Shown here: positions 63,836 to 64,000 of the stretch, one piece after another | Layout of the letters: every line of letters begins with the position of its first letter | Numbering within the stretch: position 1 is the stretch's first letter | Assembly: GCA_963792965.1 (NCBI GenBank) | Contig: CAWBYW010000016.1 | Location: forward strand, 96,001-160,000 | Source: an uncultured delta proteobacterium | Lineage (GTDB): Bacteria; Desulfobacterota; Zymogenia; Zymogenales; Zymogenaceae | Reading direction: 5' to 3' | DNA length: 64,000 nucleotides | The notes under the pieces: generated by a model | Databases searched by the model: none | Seen by the model: the letters and a program-made list of their open reading frames with translations, nothing else | Told to the model about the DNA's origin: nothing | Translations under genes and position numbers: made by a program

Positions 63836-64000
63836 TCAGGATCGGCCGAGCGCCGAGAGGATCTCGGCCAGCGCCCGATCCGAGCGATACGTATTGGTCT
63901 TGATGTTCCATCCCTTCTCCTTCAAACCGATTAAGAGCTGGGTAACCTCGGGCAGAAACGGCCTCACGCCGTCGAGCGCCGCCCGGTCGGAAAAGAGTTC
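63836..64000 (-). CDS. 3' end of a probable ECF-transporter ATPase (partial)
   Basis: ELFSDRAALDGVRPFLPEVTQLLIGLKEKGW...LAEILSALGRS* resembles the EcfA C-terminal tail. Confidence 0.5.
   Translation of the reverse strand, partial: ELFSDRAALDGVRPFLPEVTQLLIGLKEKGWNIKTNTYRSDRALAEILSALGRS

Noticed and set aside
63817-63838. TGA of the ATPase fragment is in frame with the downstream lipoprotein (second possible recoding site)
   Set aside because: No Cys-equivalent motif and no convincing hairpin; the ATPase ends naturally here; more likely a non-ATG start or a local error.

Overview
GC-rich chromosomal window, probably from an anaerobic deltaproteobacterium-like organism (inferred from gene content). 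It holds about 45 genes: panBCD with a deoxynucleoside kinase and a pan RNA motif/attenuator, PAS histidine kinases, a diguanylate cyclase, an adenylate cyclase, a Lon-like protease, radA, rsmE, an ABC importer, a purine salvage operon, several TPR proteins and an alpha-2-macroglobulin (A2M) operon. About 20 apparent single-base indels split genes and look like long-read consensus errors. Top finding: the A2M gene (55526-60166, minus strand) is one continuous reading frame with an in-frame TGA exactly at the thioester Cys (YPYG-[TGA]-NEQ). A perfect hairpin resembling a bacterial SECIS starts 12 nt after it. This points to a selenocysteine macroglobulin that could form a selenoester trap. Other notable items: an AT-rich DUF3795 gene inserted cassette-like between two ~85-bp palindromes, a hidden secreted LecA/PA-IL-type lectin, a CHAT pseudo-caspase, and a truncated paralog remnant behind a sigma54 promoter. 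All calls come from reading the sequence; no database searches were run.
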